From Octopus sinensis (Eukaryota), in contig NC_043016.1 of assembly GCF_006345805.1 (NCBI RefSeq), forward strand, positions 32,860,001-32,924,000: a stretch of 64,000 bases of DNA, in the 5' to 3' direction. The translations under genes and the position numbers were made by a program. This document shows positions 35,680-47,695 of the stretch, piece by piece. The notes under the pieces were generated by a model that did no database searches, was not told where the DNA came from, and worked only from the letters and a program-made list of their open reading frames with translations. Numbering within the stretch: position 1 is the first letter of the stretch; each line of letters opens with the position of its first letter.

Positions 35680-36072
35680 TACTCTCTCTTTTACTTGTTT
35701 CAGTCATTTGACTGTGGCCATGCTGGAGCACGCCTTTAGTCAAGCATATCAGCCCCAGGACTTATTCTTTGTAAGCCTAGTACTTATTCTATTGTTATCT
35801 TTTGCCGAACCGCTAAGCTACGGGGATGTAAACACACCAGCATCGGTTGTCAAGTGATGTTGGGGGCAAAAACACAGACACACATACATACATATATATA
35901 TACGATGGGCTTCTTTCAGTTTCCGTTTACCAAATTCACTCACAAGGCTTTGGTAGAAGACAATTGCCTAAGGTGCCACGCAGTGGGCCTGAACCCAGAA
36001 CCATGTGGTTAGTAAGCAAGCTACTTATCACATAGCCATTCCTATGCCTGCTTACCACACAGCCACTCCTAT
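35680..36072 (-). mobile_element. SINE family B
   Basis: Reverse-complement similarity to 39310..39680. Confidence 0.8.
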
Positions 36073-36073
36073 G

Positions 36074-36115
<42 letters not shown>

Positions 36116-36118
<3 letters not shown>

Positions 36119-36450
36119 AAAGAACAGTAGCAGACACAAAGGATGACCAAAGCTGAGGTTTAAGGACATATATAAGAGCAGTCTGACCAAGTGCTACATC
36201 AATACAAAAACTTGGGGAAAAGTTAGCTGAGGACAGAACAGCATGGAAAACCTCAGTGAACAAAGGAGTCAAACAGCTTGAGGAAGACAAAATGCTGGCC
36301 CTAGAAGCAAAATGCCAAAGAAAGAAAGACAATACACCACAGTCCTGCAGCACCTTCCTTGCTTGCAGATTTTGCAACAGAACTTGCTCATCACACATAG
36401 GAAGGATTAGCTATGAGAGAAGCTGCAGGAAGAAGACTACAAGTACTTAA
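36116..36450 (+). mobile_element. Degenerate C-terminal fragment of a different RTE-type LINE
   Basis: PKLRFKD.. and a terminal CRFCNRTCSSHIG..S..RSC zinc-finger-like motif. Confidence 0.6.
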
Positions 36451-36984
36451 GACATTCTCCGCTGCTTAGACTGTCTGTCAAGAGGTAAAGAGCTGAATAG
36501 TAAAAGGCCATGGCTTGAACTTTGTATTCCATTATTACATCTGTTAGGTATGTTTCAGTATTCAGTAATTAAATGATGTCACTCTATAAATATACCCATA
36601 CAGGGTCACAAACGTGCAGGTAAAGGCCAGTGGGAACAGAGTTGCAGGGGAAACAAGGAGAGATAGGGGTTGGACACAGACACTTCCTCAGAAATGTAAG
36701 CCAGTGTAGATAAAAAATAGGGGTCGGTCTCTGATTGGAAATGTGGGATCTAAGTCAAATTATATGACCTTAGTAGAAGAAAGATAGCCAAGTGACTAGA
36801 TATTGCATCTAAATGGTAGGCAAAGAGGACAAGGTTTTTAAATAACCACACCACTACATTCTGATAGATGCACATAGCTATACACCAATGTACATGCATA
36901 CAAATGCACAGATACACGCAAGAAGACACACACAGGTACATGTACACACATACTTGTATGCATATATATATATATATATAATTA

Positions 36985-37180
36985 ATCCAAAATGGAAAAC
37001 ACAACAACGCGAGGACGTGGAACAAGTATAGTGTTATTGGACGCTCAGGAAAGGAAAGAAAGAAGGAGGATTTAACGTTTCAAGTGGAGCTCTTCATCAG
37101 AAACATAGGAAAAGGAAAGATCCAAGGAAGGGATGACAGAGGAAAAAGATCGCCAACAATACACACGCGATCTGTACATA
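36985..37180 (-). mobile_element. Short (TA)n-anchored Penelope pLTR-like repeat with a degenerate hammerhead at 37068..37108
   Basis: Minus strand ttt-CTGATGA-a-gagctccactt-GAAACGT-T-aaa, followed by cctgagcg as in the repeat at 50960..51258. Confidence 0.55.
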
Positions 37181-37599
37181 TTATTATCATCATTTAGTAT
37201 CTGTTTACCATGCTGGTATGGGTTAGATGGTTTCACTGGAATCAGTAAGCCGGAAAGCTGCACCATATTCCAGTCTATTTTGCCTCGGTTTCTATGGCCT
37301 GATGCCCTTCCTAATGCCAACCACTTCATAGAGTGCACTCAGTGTCTTTTATGTGTCAGAAGCACAGGCCACAACTGCATTAGGTTTGAATAAAAGATGA
37401 GATGGCCATGACTTCGAATGTCTTGAATACAAAATTATCTCAATCAAGAGTGACTGAGAGTGGGGGGGGGGGTGAAGGCATGCAGAAAGAATAACAAGAG
37501 AGGGAGGAAAGGTATTGGACAAGGTTAAAATTCTAGTAACAGAAGAAAGATGGAAGAAAAAGAGAGAAGAAAAAGAGGATGACAAAGAAAGAATCAGAA

Positions 37600-38200
37600 T
37601 TTCACAACCTCAAAAGCTAAAGGACTGGCTGGCCAGAAATGCTCATGATATAAAGAAGAATGTAAAAAATTTTGAGCTGAAGTAGTTACTTTCTACAACA
37701 GATGTTCAGTGTATTCATTGGATAAGTGGGTGAAACCAACGAAAGTGTTTTCGGGATTCAAGTGGATGACCTTGAGCAAGATACTTAATTGGAGTTTTGT
37801 GTCAATATTTGGTAGATAAGCAGTAGAGGTTTAATGACATGAAGAGTTAGTAACTTGAAGTAGGTTTTACAAAATTACAAGAGTGATGAGAAATTCAGTA
37901 AATTGCTAGTACATAAAAAATGGACCAAATATTTTGAAAAATCAAATATTGAATGCTGCTCAGAGAGGTTCAGAATTGCACAACTTTTCCTTGCTGTAGC
38001 AACCCAAAATGCAAACACAAGTTGAGTTTTTCACTGATGTAAATTCAGTGGACAAAGGAAAGGAACAATAGTATTGAAGGTTATTCTATGAGGTTAATCA
38101 TATATAGTAAAAATTTCATGACACATCTTGCAGTGACTTCTTCACCTTTTAAAAATCCAAATTAGGCAATGCTGAAAACATCAGATCTACAGAAAAATAT
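37600..38200 (+). pseudogene. Highly degraded hAT-like DNA transposase C-terminus
   Basis: Hand translation from 37921: WTKYFEKSNIECCSE.FRIAQLFLAVATQNAN, then after a frameshift FSLM*IQWTKERN. This resembles the hAT dimerisation motif NA..ER.FS.M...W...RN. Confidence 0.5.
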
Positions 38201-39309
38201 CTTTGAAAAAAAGATATATACAAGTTATTAAAGCCAATGGAGGTTATATAAAGTATCAGATGGCATTCAGTGGATTTTTTTTTTCTTGTATTTTTAAAAG
38301 TTTTTATGAAAAAGTTCTTGACAGGAGACTACACCAAGCTCTAGTGTTTGCCTTGACATGATTTTTATGGTTTGATGTCTTTTCTAACACCAACCACTTT
38401 ATAAAGTGTACTGAGTGCTTTTTATGTGGCACCATCACCAGTGAGGTCACTAAGTAACTTGCAATATTCCTCAGCTGAAGAGGAGTGAGTATTGAGGGAC
38501 AGAAACAGGAGTCTTATAGTAGAAGAGAAACATGGCTGTTGAGTGAGAGAGGGGGGCATTAGGAAGATACATTTTGGGTAATTATACTTACATTTATTTG
38601 TTGATATAATTCATTCTGAAAATTTGTTTCTTTTTTTTTGTTTATTTTTTTAGCTTCTACTGTATGTTGGCCATGGAAGGCTGCAGTGATTGACAGTGGA
38701 AGTATACTGGGTTCTGCTTGTTCCGATATGACAACCCTAACCAGGAGCACAGCTAGGTTCTAAAATCAAGGTGAGCGAACACATAAAAAGAAAAGAAGGC
38801 ACCATACACATACCAAACAATTTTTATCTCATTGATTAAGACATCTTATAAAAGGTGCCAATTTTGAAAAATGTGCTTGGCAGGAATGGTCACTCTCCTT
38901 AGTTATGCCACTGATCCTAAAACACACATATGCACACACACACATGCACACACACGTGCACACACAAACACACAGGGGGTGGGACACAATGAGTTTTTAC
39001 TGCACTTCTGAATTTTAGAAAAAATATATTTCACAAATGTTCACTACTTTACAAAAACTATATCAGCTAAGCAAATGATCTTCGCTAAATGCATTAAAAA
39101 CAAATATAAGATAATCTGAACACTATTTCAGAAAATTATCACCATTCTCTTTGAGTAAATAAAAGAAAACTTTAGCTGGGGAAAAATTAGTAAGCCAAAA
39201 TAAAGTAAATTTGCTGCTTCAATTCTTAGGAATTACATTTGAAAAAGACTCATCACATCAATATCCATCCTTAAAAGGATCAGAAATGTAACAGAAATTA
39301 AAAATGGTG

Positions 39310-39476
39310 CAGGAGTGGCTGTGAGGTATGTAGCTTGCTAACCAACCACATAGTTCTGGGTTCAGTCCCACTGCGTGGCATCTTGGGCAAGTGTCTTCTG
39401 CTATAGCCCCGGGCCGACCAATGCCTTGTGAGTGGGTTTGGTAGACAGAAACTGAAAGAAGCCTGTTGTATATATG

Positions 39477-39515
<39 letters not shown>

Positions 39516-39680
39516 TTGTCTCCCTGGCATTGCTTGACAACCGATGCTGGTGTGTTTACGTCCCCGTCACTTAGCGGTTCGGCAAAAGAGACCGATAAAA
39601 TCAGTACTGGGCTCGACTAAAAGCGGTGCTCCAGCATGGCTGCAGTCAAATGACTGAAACAAGTAAAAGAGTAAAAGAGA
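39310..39680 (+). mobile_element. SINE family B, near full length (mirror 62492..62862)
   Basis: Head ggagtggctgtg..tagcttgct..gggttcagtccc, tcttgggcaagtgtctt, internal TA/TG microsatellite, tail gactgaaacaagtaaaagagtaaaagag. Confidence 0.8.
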
Positions 39681-40064
39681 GAAAGGATCATGGAAAAATG
39701 GCACATGTTATGAAATTAATGAAACTTGAATAAAAAAACAATCTCAACATAAAATATTCTCTATAGCTTCTTCATAATCTGCTGGAGTGGCTCTCTTAAG
39801 TTGAGGAAAAATTTCTTGACGAAAAGTACTTGTCACCTGACTATGTTTCAGACTCTCTCAACTTCAACAACTATGCTAACAAATGTTTACTCCTAAACAC
39901 GATGCAATAATTGCAATGTAGTGACTTTAAACAGGTAGGGAGAAAATAAGGAGAAATCAAAATTTACTCATTTTATCCCAGTTGCCATCTAATTTTGCAC
40001 CCTGCCCTATATAAAAGAATATATATATATATTAAAAACAGGCTTTGAACCCATAGTAACATTC

Positions 40065-40948
40065 ACGACAACTTCGATGTTACAATGGTTTCTTCTGACT
40101 CTACCCAGATCATTGATATAGTGGGCCTATTTCTACTTTCGAAAATTAGGGATGAGTTCCCAAATATCGGTGGAGGTCTATACAGGGACGATGCCTTACT
40201 TGCTATATCTGGCTCTTCACTAGAAACAATAGATAGAATTAAGAAAAAAATTAATCAAATTTTTTAAAGTAGATAATTTAGAGATTATGTTTGAAAATAC
40301 CACTAGAATTATTAACTTCTTAGATGTAATACTAAACTTAGATAATGGGCTATTTTATCCCTACAAGCCAAATAAATTTAACCATGCATTGTCAAACCAT
40401 CCCCAAAGTATTATTAATGGAGTCATCAAGGGAATGTCAATTAGAATTTCCAACCTATCATCAAACCAAGAGATTTCTATAATGTGACGCCTATTTATAA
40501 CACAGCCTTAAAGAATAGTGAATTCATGTAAAATATATATTATATCAAGAATACACTATTCAAATACAAATCAGGTAAGCTCTTTCCATTGATACCCTGT
40601 CCATAAACAACCCTTCTGAACAACAGGATGCCTCTCACTTTAGAAGATATCCAATTTATTCTAACTGTTCTTGTTACAATAATAAGCATAGGCAAACTGG
40701 AAATAAAACAGCGAGAAAATGGGAAGTTATCTGGTTTAACCCCCACCTTTCTCCCTCAGGCCAAAAACCTCCCTAAATTATTTGTTTGTGTTATTTACAA
40801 GAACTTTGCTGTGGACCATAAATACCACCCCATTTTTAATAGATCCTGTCTCAAACTATCATATTCATCTACGCCAAATCTAGGATCGAAAATCACAGGG
40901 AATAATAAATTTAAGCTTAAGAATAATGGGAATACAGATAGTCTTAAT

Positions 40949-40985
<37 letters not shown>

Positions 40986-41340
40986 TATAATAATAATAAT
41001 GATAATAATAATAATAATAATGAACACAGATAATAAACATATAAATGTAAGGGAGCAGAATAAAGCTTGTAATTTCTGGAACTATTAATGAACCAAACAA
41101 GGTATACATAAGGAGCACAACCGATTTTAAGACAAGATATAGGGGGCATATCAGCTCATTCTCAAATCCAGGAACAAAAAATTCAATGGCACTCGCTACA
41201 TACATTAATGAACTAAAAACACGAAATAACAACTTAAACTGGTCTATTATAATGGAAACCACTCCATATAAGACGCATACCAGAAAGTGTAAGTTACGTA
41301 CTAAGGAAGAGTTACATACTAAGGAAGCAATGCATCTTTA
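40065..41340 (+). mobile_element. Degenerate Penelope-like element (mirror about 60840..62115)
   Basis: FDVTM..SDS, GGLYRDD, NFLDV.LNL, SNHP, IFNR..LKLSYS..PNL, a GIY-YIG remnant and WSI..PY..CKL; internal (AAT)n. Confidence 0.8.
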
Positions 41341-41611
41341 CCTTCTGACCGGCAGATTTAGAAAATAATTTTTTGTAACTAAACACTTTCAAACTTCGTA
41401 TACTGGTAGAATGTGTCATATAAAATATCTTTTACTGTTAGCGTTTTTGAGAAAAATTTATATTTAAGAAGTTATTTCGTTTTAAAGTTGTTGTATTTCG
41501 GTAATTTCAACCAATCAATGATGTGCATTCAGCTGAATAAAATTACTGCCATTGTTTGTCAGCAACAACTATTGGTGGTGTATTTTTCGTTTGTCACTGT
41601 TATTTTACTGA

Positions 41612-42216
41612 TGGGCTGAGGATAATAGTATGCAATTTAATGCTGAAATATTCCAAGCCCTGCGCTACCGGCATCCAAAACTCAATATGAAACTTACAGG
41701 GTTCACTGGCCCACAGGGAATTTCAATCCCAGGGCCTAAATCAGTGACGGACCTGGGTATCAACATGAGTGATGATACCTCTTTCCAAGTGCACATTACC
41801 AGGATGTCGACAAAGTGCAGGCGACTGGCTGCATGGATCCTGAGAACATTCAGAACCAGAGATAAGGAACCCATGATGGTCCTCTGGCGGACATTCGTCC
41901 TCAGCCACCTGGATTACTGCTCATAGCTATGGTCACCCAACAGAGTGAAATTCACAGCGGACCTTGAAGCAATCCAACGAAGATTCACAAACAAGATCAT
42001 CTCTTTGCAACTGCTAAGCTACTGGGAAAGGCTGAAACAGCTAAGACTCTACTCTCTGGAGCGAAGGTGGGAGAGGTATGCAGTAATATACATCTGGAAG
42101 ATCCTGAAAGGAATTGTGCCAAATTTTGACATTGAAAGCTACAGTAATGCCAGAACAGGTCAACACTGCATAGTGCCAAAGATCCCAGCAATGCCATTGC
42201 GCTTCAGGACCAGTTA
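41612..42216 (+). mobile_element. CR1-group LINE RT C-terminal fragment (mirror about 59960..60566)
   Basis: MQFNAE.F, DLGI, WILRTF, LSHLDYCS.LWSP and LYSLERR.ERY. Confidence 0.85.
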
Positions 42217-42490
42217 CCATCGGTTGTCAAGCAATGTTGGCAGGACAAACACAGACACACAAACATATACACACACATACATAAATATATACATATATAC
42301 GACGGGGCTGTTTTAGTTTCCGTCTACCAAATCCACTCACAAGGCTATAGTTAGCCAGAGGCAATAGCAGACACTTGCCAAGGTGCCATATATAAATGTT
42401 TATATACATATATACGCATTATATATATATATTATATAAATATTTATATATATGTAAACATTTATATATATATATATATATGTGAATATT

Positions 42491-42524
<34 letters not shown>

Positions 42525-42772
42525 ATATAATATATATATATATTATATATATATATATATATATATGTGAAATAGAAAGATGAATAATCTTGTAGTAGAT
42601 TAATCAAAAGTTTAACCGATACCTTGGTAGCAAAAATCACAGCAGAAAACAGCACGGTTGGAGGTACAACCATATGGTGTTGCAACCGTGCGTTGGTGCG
42701 GATAATTGAAATTAAAATATTATTGGTGAATTGAAGAAATGGAGCTGAACGAAGATTGAACAGAAATCGTTT

Positions 42773-42865
42773 TATTTCATTCTACACGTGTTTCGAAAGG
42801 CACAATTTACCAAAATCCGATTGCATAATGAGACCATATTGTGTCTTTCTCTTCAGGAAGAAATA
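42773..42865 (-). ncRNA. Type I hammerhead ribozyme motif
   Basis: tatttcttc-CTGAAGA-gaaagacacaat[31-nt loop]attgtgcctttc-GAAAC-ACGT-GTA-gaatgaaata. Intact core, 12-bp stem II with one mismatch, palindromic stem III, and stem I pairing. Confidence 0.8.
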
Positions 42866-43134
42866 GGAAATCCGTTAGAAAAAACAAAAACAGAACAGAG
42901 GCGGAGCAAAACAAATCGAACTAGGCTCCTAAGAGCCCATGGCAAAACTGTTTATCAGTGTATGTTGAGAACCGGTGGCTGAAGATTTTAACGGGTCAGG
43001 CAGCGGTCAATCATGTGGGTGAGGGTGTGTAGATGTTCTTTGTGACCGAGAATAAAGTTCTGACTATTTAAGGAATATTGGATGTTTTATAAGGGGCGAG
43101 AAAAAATCTACTTAGAGACATGTGTGTGTATACT

Positions 43135-43705
43135 GTTCTATATATGTGTGTGCTGGCGTAGGGGTAGAAAACATTTTTTGTGTACGTGTGTGCGTTTGAT
43201 CGCTCGGCTGTCAGTGGCTAAGCCGCTCTCCACAATGGCTACTGCAGTAAGAACCGTTGGGTGGCAGAAAAAAATATATATTATGTTTTATGTGTGTGTG
43301 TGTTCGTCTGAGCCTGCCTTGTCAAGGTAACCCCCCGTTGTCAAAAAACCAAGCCCCGTTTATCTTACAGGAGTAATTCCCCTTGCAGTGGTCAATCGTA
43401 AATATCTTAAAGGCTATTTCAGAATTGTTCTATATATGTGTGTGCTGGCGTAGGGGTAGAAAACATTTTTTGTGTACGTGTGTGCGTTTGATCGCTCGGC
43501 TGTCAGTGGCTAATGGCTACTGCAGTAAGAACCGTTGGGTGGCAGAAAAAAATATATATTATGTTTTATGTGTGTGTGTGTTCGTCTGAGCCTGCCTTGT
43601 CAAGGTAACCCCCCGTTGTCAAAAAACCAAGCCCCGTTTATCTTACAGGAGTAATTCCCCTTGCAGTGGTTAATCGTAAATATCTTAAAGGCTATTTCAG
43701 AATTT
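43135..43705 (-). repeat. About 290-bp tandem repeat, 2 units (3 units in mirror 58176..59050)
   Basis: Repeated tgttctatatatgtgtgtgctggcgtagggg...ggctatttcagaat. Confidence 0.92.
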
Positions 43706-45410
43706 GTTACCAAGGGCTATGGGTGCCGGTATTATTTATAAACGCTATTTAAAAGCCAGATAAGTGTAACGCCGCCAATGGGGGCATCGAAAAGCCGACT
43801 GTAAAAGTCCGTTTACCATCCGGCCTCTGGCAAACAAAATATGGAAGAGTTCGGAGACACAAAGGTTGCACTGCCTTCTGCCCCTATCAAATGGGAGGGC
43901 CACCGACAAAATTGACCATTCCAGCCTGTAGCTTGAGTTCGTATCCTTCAGTCGCCATATTAGCTTGCTGAGTCCCGTGGTCTGGCGCTTGTTCATGTCC
44001 CGAAAAGTTGCGTAATGGTTGGAGACTCGCAAAGCCAATCCTGACGATGAGGCCCCTACATAAGTGAAGACATCTGAGTCCGTGTAAACCTTGCATTGGT
44101 AGACGGCGTTTTTGATCTTGGAGTTCGCCGACGTGAATCTTATTCTGCTAGGATTAGTTTCTGAAATTAGAACTGCGTTCCTGTCACTATATTCGTTCCG
44201 AGAACTGCAGCCGCTTACTACTCTATTTTCCACTACGTCACTATTAACTATAGGAATAACCCCTGATTCTCCACTATCTATCAGAGTGCTGTCATTGCTA
44301 GTGCCCGTGGTGCTGCTATTGCGGGAAATGATGCTGGGGATGCTATTGGGGCTCTCTACCCTACTCCCATTGTTACCGTCAACCACAACACCCCTATTTA
44401 TAACTATACCCCTAGTGGGTACTCCCTGGCTGGAGCTGAGATTATGTGTCACTGTACTGGCTCTCATATCATTATTACTACTATAATTATTCCTACTGAG
44501 CATTAAACCGGGAGCGGAAGAGGCTGAGCCTCCGGAAAAAGGTGATAGGGTCTTAGTAAGTAGCCTATTATTATGGGATGCGATTATCTGGGCGAGGTTT
44601 TTAGTGTTGGAGAAAGCTATCCTAACTTTATGCGAGTTAACTGTGGAGTAATATTTGGAATTTCTGGGGAAGTTATTGGCGATGGCTTGTCTAAACATGA
44701 GGGGGAGGTTAGTTCTAATCTGCTTACCAAAGGGAATTACAAACCATATATGCTTATTCCTATCTGTGTGATGGGTCGGGACGCCAGCACTCGCATTCGG
44801 GTGGGTGATTCTCGGATGAATAACGGGTCTTGGGTTAGTGTAAGATCTCCCGGACCGATAATTATCCTTGTTCACTAAATTAAAGGCTTATGGTAAGGGC
44901 AGTATGAGTCGCTATTAAGGTTAAGCGTAACGTCTAGGAAATTAGCCTTGGTGAGTTCATTATCAAAAACTATACTCATGCCCATTCTATTAAAAAACCT
45001 AGCTAACCTGCTCTTAGTTTTCTGCACTATTCTGTTCGTGGTGTTTTGCAGGTAAAACAGACAATCGTCACGATACAGGCCGCCCGCGATCTCCGGGAAT
45101 TGGTCGGACAATTCGTAGAGAATATATATTCCGACCAAATCGGCTATCTGCGCACTATCCGAACTACCCATAGGCACATCAAATTCATTGGGAGTATCTT
45201 TACGGATCCACAACTTATTATCAAACTTAATAAACGATTTCTTGGCAACTAAAATGATATATATATATATATACACACACATATATACATATATATATAT
45301 ATATTATATATATACATAAATATTTATATTTATATATATATAAATATTTATATTTTTATATATATATAAATATTTATATTTATATATATGAATATTTATA
45401 GTTATATCTC

Positions 45411-45760
45411 TCTCTATATAAAACTGAGAATGTGTGTCTATCTGTCTGTCTGTGTGTTTGCCTAAAGCTTGAGAACTACACAACCAATTTCATTCAAATT
45501 TTACACATGCCTTACTTAGGATCCATGTAGTTTCATGAGCAAAAAAATGTTCAACTTGCCTAGGGCGAGCCCATAGCAATATCATATCTTCTCCACTGTT
45601 TCAGTATTACATGTTAAAAGTGAAACAAAAACATTTCTCTATTTTATGTCTGATACTTTCACTTTAACAATAAAAATTAGAGATTATAGTAACAATTGAG
45701 TTATATGTAGTAAGTAATAATTAAAATCAAAAGAAAGTATAATATAACCGTAACATAACA
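45411..45760 (+). mobile_element. Possible non-autonomous Helitron-type repeat, 5' part
   Basis: Starts tctctatataaaactgagaatg, followed by (gtct)n and ccaatttcattcaaatttt, a layout typical of invertebrate Helitron-like repeats. No 3' hairpin/CTAG found. Confidence 0.35.
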
Positions 45761-45884
45761 AAAGTAAAAATAGCAATTGCTATAAAATTGCATCAATGAC
45801 TTGAACTTGAATAAGTGGTTTGACATGAATGGGAATAAATTAAAAATATAATTAGTGCGCAGAAATGGAGTAGTCCATTAAATT

Positions 45885-46250
45885 AAAGAAAAGACTATTG
45901 TCTATAAAGTACACAATGTAGAGAAAAAAAAAGATTTGAACACCTGAAGGAAAGCACCATCGAAAAGTGTCTTGGTGCGAGTATGAAAGATATCAAGTAT
46001 CTAACCAGAGGCAGTAAATTTGCCACAATAGAAGCAAGGTTCAAGTCAACAGAGCGTGCAAGGGAGTACTCGAGTCGAACCTTGGAAAGTGGAAATATTT
46101 TATTTTTACCTTTATATCTGGGATGTAGGACGTCCCGGATAAAAATTTAAAATGCCACCCCAGAAGTAGAGGTAGGCTGGATTGTAACCACACTTCTATA
46201 CAAGAGGGAGGACAAGATACAATTCATCAAATTACAAGAGGCAGGATTAC
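45885..46250 (+). pseudogene. Degraded open frame, probably a LINE ORF1 fragment
   Basis: Hand translation KRFEHLKESTIEKCLGASMKDIKYLTRGSKFATIEARFKSTERAREYSSRTLESGNILFLPLYLGCRTSRIKI*; composition is coding-like, but the family assignment is tentative. Confidence 0.35.
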
Positions 46251-46435
46251 AATTCCAGTCTGTTATACATTTTGAGTATTGTTATCACTAGCGATATCAA
46301 GATATAACTTTGTATTTTATATTTTATGTGTAGATGTATATATATATAGATGTACACATATATAATGCTAGTATATATATAAATATTTATATATATATAA
46401 ATAAATATATAAATATTTATATATATATATATATA

Positions 46436-46482
<47 letters not shown>

Positions 46483-46716
46483 TATCGTATTTAGGAATGG
46501 TCATTTTGCCAGTTTAGCCAATAAAAACACACGCACTATATATTTGGTGTTACTTTGCTTCAGTGTTATTTCTTTTTTACATTAATCTTAATCTTATTTC
46601 GGCCAGAGTTCTTTCGTCATACTCATGTGACCGCATCAGTGGTCCTTTGTTTTCTTCTTACTTTTTTGTGTAAGGAGAGACACAAATAAGTAAGAAGAGA
46701 ACAAAGGACCACTGAT

Positions 46717-46927
46717 GGCGCAATGGCCTAGTGGTTAGGGCAGCGGACTTGCGGTCGGAGGATCGCGGTTTCGATTCCCAGACCGGGCGTTGTGTGTGTT
46801 TATTGAGCGAAAAATCACCTAAAAGCTCCACGAGGCTCCGGCAGGAGGTGGTGATCCCTGCTGTACTCTTTCACCACTCTAAAGGCAGTGCTCCAGCATG
46901 GCCGCAGTCAAATGACTGAAACAAGTA
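46717..46927 (+). mobile_element. tRNA-derived SINE (family C head, family B-like tail; mirror about 54900..55110)
   Basis: tggcctagtggttaggg (box A), gacttgcggtc anticodon-like arm, ggtttcgattccc (box B), tail ccagcatggccgcagtcaaatgactgaaacaagta. Confidence 0.8.
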
Positions 46928-47060
46928 CAAAAAAAATATATATATATAGTGCATGTGTTTTTATTGGCTAAACTGGCAAAATGACCATTCCTAAATATAA
47001 CAATATCTGTTTCAACGCACGACTTCACATAAAAAATCTTGCACAACAAATATTTAAACG

Positions 47061-47154
<94 letters not shown>

Positions 47155-47301
47155 GAAAGAAGGTTTGGAAATGCAATTTTAAAAGATGTTTATTTACTTT
47201 ACCGGTTTCACTCTTTGGAAAAAGATTGTCAAAAGTAACATGTAGAAGTTTGGTTGCGTTAATTATTGGTTGTTACAAAATGCTACATTACATATATACA
47301 G

Positions 47302-47695
47302 TCTTTGGTAACAAGGACATGTTAAGGACATAAAAATTTGAACAAGTTCCCAAAAATATTGGGCACAAAAGATTACAACATAAATAATCATTCTCAGGAA
47401 CATGTGAAGGATAGTTTCCGGAAGGAATTATTAAAAAGTTCAGTAGGATATTGGTATTGTATTGTATATTCAAACACGCACAGAATATTGGTTGACACAG
47501 AGTACTACAATACATATATATATACATTCTTTGGTGACAAGAGCTTGTTAAGAACATAAAAATGTTTAACAAGTTCATTGAAATATTAGGCACAAAAGAT
47601 TACAACAAATATATTATACATTTTCAAGATAATTTCCAGAAGGAATTATTAAAAAGTTCAGTGGAATATTGGTATACAAGCACAGAATATTATGA
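47302..47695. repeat. Diverged tandem duplication, unit about 228 bp
   Basis: ctttggt.acaag..tgttaag.acataaaa..aacaagttc..gcacaaaagattacaac recurs at 47302 and 47529. Confidence 0.8.

Larger units (their letters stand above)
42546..45257 (-). mobile_element. Penelope-like element inserted in (TA)n: RT fragment, GIY-YIG, tandem 3' repeats and hammerhead-bearing pLTR
   Basis: ORFs 44875..45282 (FDVPMGSSDSAQIADLVG, GLYRDD, FLDV) and 43745..44875 (AVY..YVG, TTGLSKLIW.L, CNLC..E, RCPH). Both ends abut (TA)n. Confidence 0.9.

Noticed and set aside
38654-38770. Candidate 117-nt exon on + (ttttttag acceptor, caag/gtgagc donor)
   Set aside because: All three frames contain stops, it is on the wrong strand for the adjacent GT gene, and no partner exons are visible; it cannot be supported without RNA data.
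39830-39880. Possible hammerhead on minus strand (gaaacatagtc)
   Set aside because: No CUGANGA-like core and no convincing stem II upstream.
46717-46790. tRNA-Arg-like gene
   Set aside because: There is no proper acceptor stem, and it continues into a SINE body and tail.
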